Positions 38,076-52,322 of a DNA stretch of 64,000 nt are shown one piece after another (the first letter of the stretch is position 1; each line of letters starts with the position of its first letter). Both the position numbers and the translations under genes were made by a program. The stretch is from positions 113,150,001 through 113,214,000 of the forward strand of contig NC_043000.1 of the NCBI RefSeq assembly GCF_006345805.1, in the 5' to 3' direction. This DNA comes from Octopus sinensis (taxonomy: Eukaryota). The notes beneath the pieces were generated by a model. The model had not been told where the DNA came from, did not search any database, and saw nothing but the letters and a program-made list of their open reading frames with translations.

Positions 38076-38608
38076 GTGCATAAGAGATGGGTCGGTTTGG
38101 GGGGTGATGGTGCTCCTTCCTGAAACTACAAAATGGACCACTGAAGATATATAAAAACAAAACACACAACAAAAACAAACGAAACACTAAATAAAAAAAC
38201 AAACAAACAAATAATAATAAAACAAAAGCCAAAAAAATTTAATGATTTCACTTCCAGAATGGAAATTTGACTTTGCTAAACTACGATTAGATTAAGTGAA
38301 AGAACAACAACAACAGAAATAATAATAAAAAAATAAACAATAATTAGTTTTAGGGCCAACCAATCACTCAAATATAAATAAGTAAATAAAATATAATCGA
38401 TAATGACTAAAAGTAATTATTGATCGACACTTAAACTTTTCTACGATTTTATTTCTTTTTTATTTGTTTTTATATTTTCGTAGTTTATTTTTTATATTTT
38501 TCGTTTCTGCTTTTTGTTTGAATTTTTTTTTTAGTTTTTCGTTTAAATAAATGTCTAAATCTTGGCCACTCAGACAAGCATGACCGAACTTGTGACGTCA
38601 TATCTGGA

Positions 38609-38609
<1 letters not shown>

Positions 38610-38657
<48 letters not shown>

Positions 38658-38803
38658 AAATACATACATACACACACCCTGTCCCTCTCCCCTTCTCTCC
38701 CCCTCTTTCTCTCTCGCTGCTGTGCATGGGAGTGACGTGTGGGGGGTATGTATGCCTCATGCGTAATTTCTGGGTATATGAGTGTATGTATGTATTCATA
38801 TAC

Positions 38804-38846
<43 letters not shown>

Positions 38847-38945
38847 CATATATGCCCATGCAACATAAATACGTCACACACACGAAAGTACATATATAAG
38901 TATACATATATATACATACATGTATGTAGGCATATATATATTTAT

Positions 38946-38976
<31 letters not shown>

Positions 38977-39330
38977 CATGTATACATATATACATATGTA
39001 CATACATATATGCTTATGTATATATATATATATGTATTCAAATATTCATATGTACATTTATATATATTATAAATATGTACACATATATGTATGTATATAT
39101 ATGTATATATACATATATGTACATTTATGTATATAATTATATATATTTCTATTTAGATACATATTTATATATATATATATTCATATATATATAAATATAT
39201 ATATATATAAATATATATACACATACCTATATATAGATAGATAGATATTTAGAGATACATATAAATATATTTATATATATATATATATATGTATTCATAA
39301 GGAGAGGAAGGGAGAGAGAGAGAGAGAGAA
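38610..39330. repeat. Compound (CA)n/(TA)n microsatellite field
   Basis: Direct reading. Confidence 0.93.
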
Positions 39331-39844
39331 GAAAGAGAGGGCATTGTGTCTGCATGTATATAACTGTGAATTTCTGCCTGTATAGGCTTGTGTTTATAAG
39401 GTATATAAATTTTTTTTTATCTTGGTTTATTAAAGAAATAAAAAGAAAGAGAAAAAACGGCTGAAGAAATATCGTTTTCCTGTTTGGTCTTATTCACCAA
39501 AAAAAAAAAGTCTGTTCAAAAACGTTATTGAAGTCTGAGACAAGGCCGATGAGTAGAGTGTTGTGGCTGTTGTTGTTTTTGTTGTTGCTGCTGTTGTTTA
39601 AGTTAACGATGACTTTGCAGTATTCATAAACAGTGAAATTTGAAGAAGAGAGCGAGACAGACAGGAGCTGTGAAGTGTTATGCTCTTATTGGTAAAGTTG
39701 TTCTTGTTGTTGTTGCCGTCTTTGGTTTTGTTGATGATAGTCATATTGATGAGCACGACGAAGATGAAGAAACGACGACGATAATGATGATGGTGGTGGT
39801 GCTGCTGGTGATGAAAGTGATGATGATAATGGTGAAGATGATAA

Positions 39845-40250
39845 GCGGTGAGCTGGCAGATACGTTAGCACGCCGGACGAAATGTTTAGCGGTATTTCGT
39901 CTGTCTTTACGTTCTGAGTTCAAATTCCGCCGAGGTCGACTTTGACTTTCATCCTTTCAGGATCGATTAAATAAGTACCAGTTACGCACTGGGGTCGATA
40001 TAATCGATTTAATCCGTTTGTCTGTCCTTGTTTGTCTCTTCTGTGTTTAGCCCCTTGTGGGCAGTAAATAAATAGGTATTTCGTCTGCCGCTATCTTCTG
40101 AGTTCAAATTCCACCGAGGTCGACTTTGACTTTCATCCTTTCGAGGTCGATTAAATAAGTACCAGTTGCGCACTGGGGGTGATTAAATCGACTTAATCCA
40201 TTTGTCTGTCCTTGTTTGTACTCTATATGTTTAGCCCCTTGTGGGCTAAA
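39845..40250 (+). mobile_element. SINE family B, head plus two 184 bp units
   Basis: Units start at 39893 and 40077. Confidence 0.92.
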
Positions 40251-40889
40251 CATAATAAATAAATAGATAATGGTGAAGATGATGATGTTGATATTGATGG
40301 CGTACATGATGAAGATGACGTCGACGACGGCGATGCTTCTATATCTTTAGCGATGGAATGTAGAAAGGAAGGTAGCTAGTAAACCTTGTCGTTGTTCATC
40401 AATGAAGAAACAGATTAGACAAATTAATCATGAATATACTGACAGGTAAGATCTTCATGAGTGGAGAGGCCGAGACAAGAAATCCGTGGCGACAGCATCG
40501 ATTTGTGGTGAATAACAATAACTAATTGATTGTCGAATCCAACTGACCAAAACACAAACACGACATATCCAGATTCTATGCCTTACTTCCATTCTACAGC
40601 ATAGATGAGCCAAAGTTATTGTGTGCACGAGTTGCAAGTATACTGTAAGATCTGGAGTGTGATGCACATTACGCCTTTCAACTGACCGTTTCTCTGCTTT
40701 AAACCGCTGTTTAAAGCAGGGAAACCAAAAAGATCGGAACGAAAGTACTGAAAGACTGTAAGATAAGTGTTGGGAGTTTGGCTTAGAATGGAATGGACAC
40801 AGAGAGATGTATCACTAGGGCGTTAGTTTCTAACTTCAGGTCATCTTATTTGGTCAACCTGTCTCAAAGGTATTCCATTCATGACTTCA

Positions 40890-41282
40890 AGGCGACGAGC
40901 TGGCAGAAACGTTAGCACGCCGGGTGAAATGCTTAGCGGTATTTCGTCTGCCGCTACGTTCTGAGTTCAAATTCCGCCGAGGTCGACTTTGCCTTTCATC
41001 CTGTCGGGGTCGATTAAATGTAATCGACTTTATGCCTTTATCTGTCCTTGTTTGTCCCCTCTGTGTGTAGCCCTTTGTGGGTAGTAAAAAAATAGGTATT
41101 TAGTCTGCCGCTACGTTCTGAGTTCAAATTCCGCCGAGGTCAACTTTGCCTTTCATCCTTTCGGGGTCGATTAAATAAGTACCAATTACGCACTGGGGTC
41201 GATATAATCGACTTAATCCGGTTGTCTGTCCTTATTTGTCCTCTCTGTGTTTAGCCCCTTGTAGGTAGTAAAGAAATAGGTA
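40890..41282 (+). mobile_element. SINE family B, head plus two units (first has an internal deletion)
   Basis: Units start at 40940 and 41097. Confidence 0.92.
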
Positions 41283-41654
41283 TTCTATTCATGACTTCTC
41301 GGAATGTATTAAGTAGAAGGAAAATGGTGAACCGTAGGAGAGTCATGATTACTGTAGGACAATTTATTGAAGTTCAGCTGCGGAAACTACGATTTTTTTC
41401 CATATATAATTGAAGTCTCTTAGCCCTAGGTGAGCCCTGATTAAGTAGATTTACGACCAAAGGTGCTGTAGCTTCCGTCATTCTACTATTTCTTTGTATA
41501 TAAGAGAAAGCACTATTTTGTCTAAATTGTCGTTTTTTTTACGGTTAATATGAAATGTAATTAGAAGAAACCATTTTCATATTTCTAGTAGGACGAGAAA
41601 CCATAACACATCTTCCATATTAGGTCCTCTTATATAAGAAACATAACGATCTTT

Positions 41655-41972
41655 GCCATCAAAAGATAGGTCTAGATATTGCAACAACCTTGGCTTTTAT
41701 AGGCCCACAACTCTTTAAAATCTCCCCGAAGGACCTGAGAGACCTGTATAGGATGGATGTGGGTGTCTTCAAAACGAAACTAGATCTCTTACTTTCAAGA
41801 GTCCCGGATGAACAAACTTTACAGTGAGAAGTGCAAATGAGGGCGGCGACGTCAAACTGCTTCATGCACCAAATGTCAAGTTCTAAAATGAATTAGTGAA
41901 GTAAAAATTATGTAAAATAATACCAAATGGCGGTGCTCCAGTATGCCCACAGCCTGTGAGCTGAAACTGGTT
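41655..41972 (+). mobile_element. CR1-type LINE 3' end
   Basis: PSKDRSRYCNNLGF / GPQLFKISPKDLRDLYRMDVGVFKTKLDLLLSRVPDEQTLQ*EVQMRAATSNCFMHQM, followed by the tail ggcggtgctccagtatgcccacagcc. Confidence 0.8.
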
Positions 41973-41999
41973 CAGTTCAATTGAATTCAGTCCATATTA

Positions 42000-42203
42000 T
42001 AGGTGCAGACGTGTCTGTGCGGTAAGAAATTTGCTTCTCAACCACAGAGTTCCACATTCAAAGCCAGTGCATGGCACTTTGTCCAATAGTCTTCTATCAA
42101 GGCCTCGATACAGCCAAAGCCTTCTGAGGTGATTGGCTGAGGGAAACTGAAAGAATCCCCATCGTATGTGTGTGTGTATGTATGTGTATGTTTGTGTGTT
42201 GTA

Positions 42204-42234
<31 letters not shown>

Positions 42235-42432
42235 TTATCTTCGTGCATGTGTTTGATTCCACCACCGCTTGACAATCGATGTTGGCATGTTTACGTCCTC
42301 ATAATTTAACAGTTCGGGAAGAGACTGATAGAATAAATACCAGGTTTTACAAAAAATACTAAGTACTTTGTACGATTCATTCGACAAAAATTCTTCGAGT
42401 CATTGCCCCTCCATGGCCGCAGTCTAACGACT
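42000..42432 (+). mobile_element. SINE family A, diverged full-length copy
   Basis: Both halves present with internal (TG)n. Confidence 0.85.
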
Positions 42433-42708
42433 CATTCTTCATCTTAGCATTTACAATGAGAACCAGAGACGGAATAGTCACTGTATTAAGAAGATTCTTT
42501 GTCTAAAGGTTAAAAAAACCCAATTATTTTCTAACTACATAAATGAGCAAGAAATTCTCTATTATATCGCTCGGTTTGCAAAGAAATATCTCACAGATTA
42601 CAAGCCAATTTTAAGGAACGAATAATAAAGTAATGTAAACAGAGTAGCTGGATAAACGCCGAAGTAGTCATGGTTGGAACTCTTGCGATTAATGTTTGTT
42701 CCTTGCTC

Positions 42709-42949
42709 ATAAGGGCCGGTTTCCCGGTTTCCTTGGCGTATAGGTTCCCCACCTGGACGGGACGCCTGTCCGTCGCAGGTGAGCTGCAAGATGCAGGAGG
42801 AAAGAACGAGAGAAAGTTGTAGCGAAAGAGTCAGCAGAAGTTCGCCATTACCTTCTACCTAAACACACACATCGCCCGGTCTGAGATTCGAACTCGCGAT
42901 CCCTCGACCGCGAGTCCGCTGCTCTAACCAATAGGCCATGTGCCTCCAC
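42709..42949 (-). mobile_element. tRNA-derived SINE (family C-type head)
   Basis: Minus strand gtggaggcacatggcctattggttagagcagcggactcgcggtcgagggatcgcgagttcgaatctc: A and B boxes with a tRNA-like head. Confidence 0.82.
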
Positions 42950-43079
42950 TCTTGCGATTAAGACTGAACTGGACCTAAACAACAAAAATAACTACAGCTT
43001 GCACAACAATCACAACTGCATAGGCATCTATAGTGGTTAGTTATCAATTTTAGTTTCAAATTGCAACTGTGAAACCTCT

Positions 43080-43295
43080 ATAAGAAAGCGACTGATGACA
43101 TTAAACTGGAAGCAGAAATGGGGAAGAGCAGCAGGGCCCCCACATGGCGAAGGACCATTGAAAAGGAAAGGAGACAAGAAGGGGAGAAGGGTGGAGTTGC
43201 TGGAATGAGACAAGGACAGTGGCAGAACACAGACCTGGTTGGAGATTGGAGAGAGAGTGTTGCGGCCCTATGTGCATCATGACATGAAGAGAACC
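43080..43295 (+). mobile_element. RTE-clade LINE 3' end fragment
   Basis: Translation fragments TWRRTIEKERRQEG and WRESVAALCAS*HEEN, typical of the RTE C-terminus. Confidence 0.7.
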
Positions 43296-44259
43296 ATAAG
43301 AAAACCCGAAGCCACTAGTGCCAAAATAACGAGTTCTTTCAAAGAATTCCTTCAGATTTTGTTATTCCTTCTGCTCCAAGTCAACTCTGTTGATGCTGAT
43401 CAATGATGGAGACATACCAGCTGTGAGCACCGAGTTGTTAATATTTAGCCAAGAGTTTATCATCCAATGATTTCATTTTCCTTCAAGTGGTAGGGAGAAT
43501 TTAATGGATTACTGGCTGTTATTTCTAGCACCGTGAACGGCCACATAAAAGCTCCTCCAATAGATCGTTCTTCTCTCGGTCACTAACAGTTGTTGTTTTA
43601 GTTATTATTATTGTGGTGAATCTGTCACTATTATTGTTGTCGCCGTTAGTGGTGATGGTGGTGGTGATGGTAGTGGTGGTGTTGTTGTTGTTGGTGGTGG
43701 TGGAGGTGGTGGTAGAGGAGGGTTGGTGGTGGAGATGGTGGTGGTGGTGGAGGTGATGGTGGTGGTGGTGGTGTTGGTGGTGGAGCTGGTGGTGATAATG
43801 TTGCGCTTGTGCGGGTGTTACCCTTACCCAAAACCGAATTCGCCCACGACTAAATGCATTCCAGATTGCTTTATCAAATGTGTCTTCCATTTTTCAAATT
43901 GGCTGGGGTGTCGTACGAGAATATTTAGCTTGTATTCCAAGTTTGTTGAAACTCCAAGTAGTTGCTCTTGTATTAGATTCGTGAGCTCTGCATAACAATG
44001 AAGTCATTTGATTTTTCTTTAAGTTAGCATTGAAACAACGGAAGTGAACACTTGAAGCAAAGGTGGTGTCAAACAAGCGGAAGTCAGAACTTCTAGTTTA
44101 GAGGTGATGCACAAGCATCGTTATTATGGAGCGAATAAAACGTGATTAAGTTATTGTGATGCTGTTCATGTGACTCGACATTCCTCTCCGTCTCTGTTGT
44201 CCAATCATATTGTACAAGATGGTGACATCCTTGACACACTGTATCACAGAGTGCCCCAT

Positions 44260-44310
44260 ACATACAAACATACATACATACATACATACATACATACATA
44301 CATACACACA

Positions 44311-44358
<48 letters not shown>

Positions 44359-44600
44359 GTATATACTCACACACAAAGACATATATATATATATATATAT
44401 ATATATACAAGCATATTATATAAACATGCATATATATATATATATACATATACAAGCATATGTATATAAACATGCATATACATATATATATACACATACA
44501 CATATATATATATATGTAAATATACATTCATATATATATCTATGTATATATATATGTGTATATATGTATATATATGTGTATATATATGTATATATATATG

Positions 44601-44684
<84 letters not shown>

Positions 44685-44740
44685 TACATATGCGTGTGTA
44701 TGATGTGTGTGAATGTGTGTGTGTGTGTGCGTATGCATAT
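44260..44740. repeat. Long compound (CATA)n/(TA)n/(TG)n microsatellite
   Basis: Direct reading. Confidence 0.95.
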
Positions 44741-45339
44741 GAATGCGTATATATGTACAGGTACATACAGAGTGAAAGAATGAGGGGATAACACAGAGGC
44801 AAAATACTGGGAAGGAGATGAGAGGGACACGACTATGTTGCTCAATTCTGTTTTGAATTTGAGATTGTGATAAAAAAAAAAAAGAATTTTGAAGAAGCGG
44901 CGTTGTGTGTTCAGAATAAAGCTAAATGTTGAAGTGGGACGACCAGTAGGAAGCGATGAAAGGTGTACGTGTGTGTGGGGGGGGGACAAAAGGCAGAAAG
45001 AGGATAACGAGGGAAAGAAGGAAGGGAAGAGAAAATGAAGGTGAATGTGAAAATGTTTAATTATATTAGTATGGAGATCAGCGGGAAGCGTTGAAATTGA
45101 TGAGAGAGAAAATGTCAAGGTACGAAGCAGAGGAGAAGATAAAGAATGGTGAAGGAGAAGATGGACGGAATGAATAAAGAATAAACTCTTTAAAGAGTAG
45201 GTAGGAAATGGTCTAAACTCTATGAGAATTTCAGATTTAACTAGCAGATAAAGAAATGCATACAGAGATTGACAGACATATAGACAAATAGAGAGAGTGA
45301 GAGGGGGATAGGGGGATAGAAAGAGGGAGAGAAGGAAAC

Positions 45340-45444
45340 GGAGAGAGAGAGACTTGGATAGATGGTGGGATGGATGGATGGATGGATAGGTAAGTAGGTA
45401 GGTAGGTAGTTAGATAAACAGAAAAAGATAGATAGATAGATAAG

Positions 45445-45506
<62 letters not shown>

Positions 45507-45521
45507 TAGATAGATAGATAG

Positions 45522-45589
<68 letters not shown>

Positions 45590-45672
45590 GGACAGACGGA
45601 CGGACGGATAAATTGATTGATGGATGGGGGGATGGATGGATGGATGGATGGATGGATCGATCGATAGTTGGA

Positions 45673-45709
<37 letters not shown>

Positions 45710-45778
45710 GGACGGACCGAGAGACAGATGTATAAGTTGATTAATGGATGGATAGATAGAAAGACAGATAGATAATTG

Positions 45779-45858
<80 letters not shown>

Positions 45859-45870
45859 CGTAGATAGTTA
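45340..45870. repeat. (GATA)n/(GGAT)n/(GACA)n tetranucleotide array
   Basis: Direct reading. Confidence 0.96.
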
Positions 45871-46054
45871 CTATATAAGGATGGGAGCAGAAATAGAAAG
45901 GTGGGAAGTGTGACAAAGAGAGAGAGAAAGAGAGAGATGTAAAGAGTGATATCAGGAGTGAGTTTGTGACTATAAATGAGTAATAGAGAGTAAATGAAAC
46001 TGAAGAAAGAGAGGAGAAAGAATCAACAGCGCTTTAAAGAAAAAGAGCGAGAAA

Positions 46055-46191
46055 AAGCAGAAGAAGAAGATGAAAAAGAAGAAGAAGAAGAAGAAGATGT
46101 AGAAGAAGAAGATGTAGAAGAAGAAAAATAAGAAGTAGGAGAGAAGAAGAAGAAGAAGTAGAAGAGGAAGAAAAAGAAGAAGAAAACGAAG

Positions 46192-46223
<32 letters not shown>

Positions 46224-46275
46224 GAAGAAGAAGAAAAAGAAGAAGAAAACGAAGAAGAAGAAGAGAGAGAGAAGA
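46055..46275. repeat. (GAA)n array
   Basis: Direct reading; another (GAA)n lies at ~32490-32555. Confidence 0.95.
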
Positions 46276-47574
46276 TAGCAATGTAAAGAAACTGTGGAAG
46301 TAATAGAGGGGAAAATGATATATTAAGAATAGAAGAAAAGAGGAAAAGATAGTGAATGTAAGTGAGAGAGAGAGAGAGAGAGAGACGTTGTAATAAAGAT
46401 AAAAAGAAAGACATAGAAAGAACGAGGAGTAGAACTTATTAGAGAGTTACGAATTTAGAGCGACAAATTCGCAACACGTAAACAATTGTAAAACGAAAGC
46501 ACCATTTTGCTTATAAATTTTTACAATACAAATTCAAAATTCTAATCCTACCAAATATTTTGAAGAAAGGTTTATTTCATTGTGATAAGGCGTGTGATAA
46601 GCGGGAGTACTAAGAAGGGAGAAATGTGGAACTTAGGACAGGGTAACAAATAGAAAAAAAGAAAGTGGAGCGTGTGGGGGGGGGGAGATGGAAAGAATAA
46701 TAGAGAGAAACAGAGAAAAAGAGAGACAATATTTGAGTTTTAGATGAATAATGAGGCGATTAAGGAAAATTAAATCCAAGATATTGAAAATACTAAGCTG
46801 TAGAATGTTTAAGTTTTCTTTTAAACCCTAGGTCGGCCATTATTGATCTGATTATAAAAATGTCATACAAGACCCGAACAGTATATCTGGATCGCTTTTT
46901 TAAAAAAAAATTATTTCGGGAAACGCAGGAGTATAATCTCCGCTGCGTCCATTTTGTTAAGATAGCAGGATCTGATTTTAAAGTAAATTGATTTCTGTTC
47001 TAAATAGAAGTCGAAACTCGAGTGTCGTAGATAATGCGTGGCACCTTTATTTAGCGGAAGCCAATTAAAGAGCTCTACAATGTTTTTACCTGCGTTGAAT
47101 ATTCATAAAATAGATTTTCTACTGTTTTTTCAAATATTGACTGGTAGCAGCCGAAACAACAATTGTACAACATTTTGCTGGAGAAATTGTGAATAAGCTG
47201 TCAATACTTCCCAATAAGAACCAGACATCGATAAATACCAGCACAATATATAGTTGTCTGTATATAATTTCAACTGGTTAAAACACACATTCACACACAA
47301 TACACATCCACGCACACACACATACACACACACGAACATTCACAAATACATTTGCAGGCATAAACACCCGTACATACATACACACATATAATGCATTGTT
47401 AAAACATACTTAAACATTTAGTAGTAAGCTAAACGACAGCAAAAACTGGTCCAGATCAGTAAAACATAATTTTTCTTCTACAGCAAAACCTCTTAGGTTA
47501 GAACATGCCACCAAAATTTATTCACTAAAATATCATTTATTCGAAATATTTCTAGACGAATTGCTACCAGTTTC

Positions 47575-47697
47575 TTTCTTTGGAGACGCAGGTTTACGCA
47601 GGTTTTTATGACATGTCTTGTGTCACTGAACCTGAAGATTGATTGGAGACACAAAGCTTCTTATAAAAACCTGCCTAGACCCGCTTCTTCAAAGGAA
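47575..47697. repeat. Diverged inverted repeat (~50 bp arms, 23 nt loop)
   Basis: gcaggtttacgcaggtttttatg...ttgtgtc pairs with gacacaa...tataaaaacctgcctagacccgc. Confidence 0.78.
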
Positions 47698-47884
47698 CGA
47701 TTTATAAGCCACACGTGTCTTTGGAATTAAGAAAAGAAAGGATAAAAGAAATCGGCAGCATCTAACTTAGGAGAAATAACAGAATGAAACCGATTTAAAT
47801 ATTGGTGGGAATGAAAACATATTTGAACGATTCATAGAATGAGTGAATGTAAGTAGAAAGTGGACTGGAAGAAAAAGTGAATTA

Positions 47885-48095
47885 AATATTTGTTTAAAAT
47901 TTTGCCACAAGGCCAGCAATTTCGGAGAAGGGAGTAAATCGGCCTCGGTGATTCACTGGCACTGATTTTATTGACTCCGATATGATGAGAGGTAAATTCG
48001 AGCTCGGCGCCATTCGAATTCACAACGTAAAGGCAGACGAAGTGTCGCTAAATATTTTTGCACGGGCGTGTTACCGATTCTGCTAGCTCGCTGCC
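47885..48095 (-). mobile_element. Diverged SINE family B monomer
   Basis: ggccagcaatttcggag...gaggtaaattcgagctcggcg...ggcagacgaagtgtcgctaa...ctgctagctcgctgcc. Confidence 0.78.
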
Positions 48096-48496
48096 GAACA
48101 GAATTGAATTAAGTAACGAATCAGGTGTAGTTCTTAAAAGAGACATTTAAGGAGAGGCTGATGGAATGAGAGTGAGAGAAATAGTATGAAGAAATAATTA
48201 AGATGAAAACGGGCAGAAAGGAGGGTAAAGAAATAAGGAGGAAATGAAAGTAGGGATGAAAAGAAAGAGTGAGAGAGAGAAAGAAAATCGTACACCCCAA
48301 AATACTACACGGTTAAAAAATTTTTAAATGTGAAAGAATGAAATTGTAGAAAAGTTAAGCAATTTAGATAGAGACTTAGAACGATGGATGAAAATAACAA
48401 TAGGTTGTATGTAATTCGATATATGTACACGCAAACACACGTATACATACAAACATGCATACACGCTTACATAAACATGCAAATACACTTATACAC

Positions 48497-48547
<51 letters not shown>

Positions 48548-48929
48548 ATATATATGTGTGTGTATGTATCTATGTATGTATATGCCTGCATAAACGCAGT
48601 CATGTATATTTACGTATAGAAACTGAATATATGTAGATAAATAAATAGAACTGTAGGTTGGATGAAGGAGAAGTGAAAAAAGAAAATAATGAAAGAGGAC
48701 AAACAAAAACTACAAAAGAGAAAATTGAATAAAAAAAATGAGAAACATGTAAAGAAATCATATAAAATATATTAAGAAATTGAGATAGAGTCAAAATAAA
48801 AGGAAAAAGCCAAAATGGCTAAAAACTGGAAAAAAAAAACTGAAAATAATAAAATGGTTGACAAGAATTTTTTTCAAAATTTCTTCCGTTCTTTGTTGCT
48901 TTTCTCCTTGTTCATTTCATTTCTCCTTT

Positions 48930-49057
48930 TATTATCATCATCATCATCATCATCATATTCATTGTTATTATTATTATTGTTGTTGTTGTTGTTATTATTA
49001 TTATTATAATTATTATTATTATTATTTTTATTATTTTTATTATTATTGTTGTTGTTG

Positions 49058-49148
<91 letters not shown>

Positions 49149-49150
49149 TA
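48930..49150. repeat. (ATC)n/(ATT)n/(GTT)n triplet array
   Basis: Direct reading. Confidence 0.95.
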
Positions 49151-49324
49151 AACGCATTCAAATATTCCTTAGGATGAATTGACCATAAATTGTATTAGTG
49201 TTTGAATTTAGCTGTTTAAATTTGTTGAGTATTTTTGGATCTTTTGCCGTAGTTACATTCTTAGCTTTGCTTTGTTTTTTCTTTTACGTCCTACGTGTAC
49301 GAGTGTACACACGCACATTGTCGT

Positions 49325-49361
<37 letters not shown>

Positions 49362-49427
49362 TCAATATATATACAATATATATATATATAACATACACAC
49401 ACACATATATATACATATACAAATATA

Positions 49428-49482
<55 letters not shown>

Positions 49483-49979
49483 TATAAATACGTGCAGCTT
49501 TGTGTGTGTTTATGCCCGTGCACATGTGTTTCTGAGTGTGCCTGTTTATCATGTTATGTGATTGTGCATGTGGGACTACATGTTTGTATGTCTACATGTG
49601 TGTGGGCGCATATCTAATCGTGTTCCTCTCCTATTTTGCTATTTTAGTTGTATTTTTTCCGTTTTCCGTTTTTAACAATTTCTGTTTATTTTTCCTTTCT
49701 TTGTGAGCTTTCGTTTTTTTATTTTAATATTTAGTTTTCTTAAATATTGTGAATGTGCATTTGTATATTGTGGTTGCTGCTGTTGTTGTTGTTGTGGTTT
49801 GGTTATTGTTGTTGTTGTTGTTGTTATTGTTGTAGTTGATGACGATTTTAAAAAAAGAAATTTAATTGATTGATTTAGTGTTAGTCACCTTTGTTGCAGT
49901 TTGAATACGGAAGTGCCGAGGCGAAGGTTTCAAATAGAGCTGGAATATTTCACAACCCACCCGCAAAAAAAATGAAACA

Positions 49980-50700
<721 letters not shown>

Positions 50701-50980
50701 TATAGGCATTGTAGCCTTTGCAAATGTTAATTCATAGAACTGTTTACAACCGCTGACATTCGTAGCATGCATACACAGATTACCAAACGCATTTCCCTTT
50801 ACACTTTTCTTGTACAGTTTCTCCCCTCCCCACTCCAACCTGACCCCATGTAATCACACCATCAAGATGTGTGCATGATTTTTCATATCCATATAACATC
50901 ACAATTTTTTTCAGTGTTGAATCGTAAACAGATACATGCGTCTGATTTCACTATATTCTATCTAACACTGCAACAAAGAA

Positions 50981-51011
<31 letters not shown>

Positions 51012-51035
51012 CACATGCATGCATATATACAAACA

Positions 51036-51382
51036 GGCGTGGCTGTGTGGTAAGAAGTTTGCTTCCAAACCGCATGGTTCCGGGTTCAGTTCCACTGCGT
51101 AGCACCTTGGGCAGGTGTCTTCTACTATAGTCTCGTTCCGAGCAAAGCCTTGTGAGTAGACTTGGTAGAAGGAAACTGAAAGAAGCCCGTCGTACATACA
51201 TATATCTCGCAAGAGTGGCTACGTAGTAAGAAGCTTGCTTACCAACCACATGATTCTGGGTTCAGTCCCCTACGTGGAACCTTTGGCAATTGTCTCCTAC
51301 TATTGCCTCTGGCCGACCAAATTTTCATGAGTGATTTGGTAGACGGAAACTGAAAGAAGCCCATCGTATGTATATATATATA

Positions 51383-51424
<42 letters not shown>

Positions 51425-51560
51425 GTGTGTGTGTGTGTGTTTATGTATCTGTGTTTGTCTCCAACAGCGCTTGACAGCCGATGTTGGTGTGTTTACGTTC
51501 CGATAACCTAGCAATAGAATAAGTATTAGGATTACAAAAGATAAATCCTGGGGTCGGTTT
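51036..51560 (+). mobile_element. Two tandem SINE family A copies (5' half, then a 3'-truncated copy)
   Basis: Heads at ~51036 and ~51208. Confidence 0.88.
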
Positions 51561-52025
51561 GTTCTACACACATATAAATTTACTTACCACTCAGCCACTC
51601 CTGCGCCTATATATATGCAGAGGGCCGGAGAAAGAAAGGAGATAGAGAGGAGAAGAGATAAAAAGAAAGGGGGGAAAAGAAGAGAAGTTTATGTAAGGTG
51701 TGATAGCGGGGAATGGAAGAAAGTATGAATGATGGAATAGTATTGACAGGAAATGAGATGGTTTCGTTTGTATAGTAAGTAAAAACTGGTGAAAAGTAGC
51801 TGATAGGAATGAAGAACTTGCGGAGCAGATGGGAGTGAAATACACCAGGTGTCAGTGTGTGTTTAAGAGTGGTAGAAATGAAAGCAATTAGTAGTGTATG
51901 GCATGAAGATGTGGTCCCAAAGTACTTTGGTCTAATAATCATAAACATAATTATAACATCCACACGCACACATCCACTCACACACACATGCACACACACA
52001 TATATATATATAATCCGTACATACT

Positions 52026-52109
<84 letters not shown>

Positions 52110-52262
52110 TTATATAAATAAGGATAGGATCGTTAATTTAAAATAAAATAACCATTTTATTAAGTGGCCAGCATGGAAAAAATAACCTGCAAAGGTAATA
52201 ATTATTAAAATTATAAATTAGGGTATCTACGAGATAACACCATATTATATATATATATATAT

Positions 52263-52322
<60 letters not shown>

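Noticed and set aside
40695-40720. ctgctttaaac-cgct-gtttaaagcag hairpin as a Helitron 3' end or terminator
   Set aside because: No CTRR terminus at the expected distance; bacterial terminators are not relevant here.
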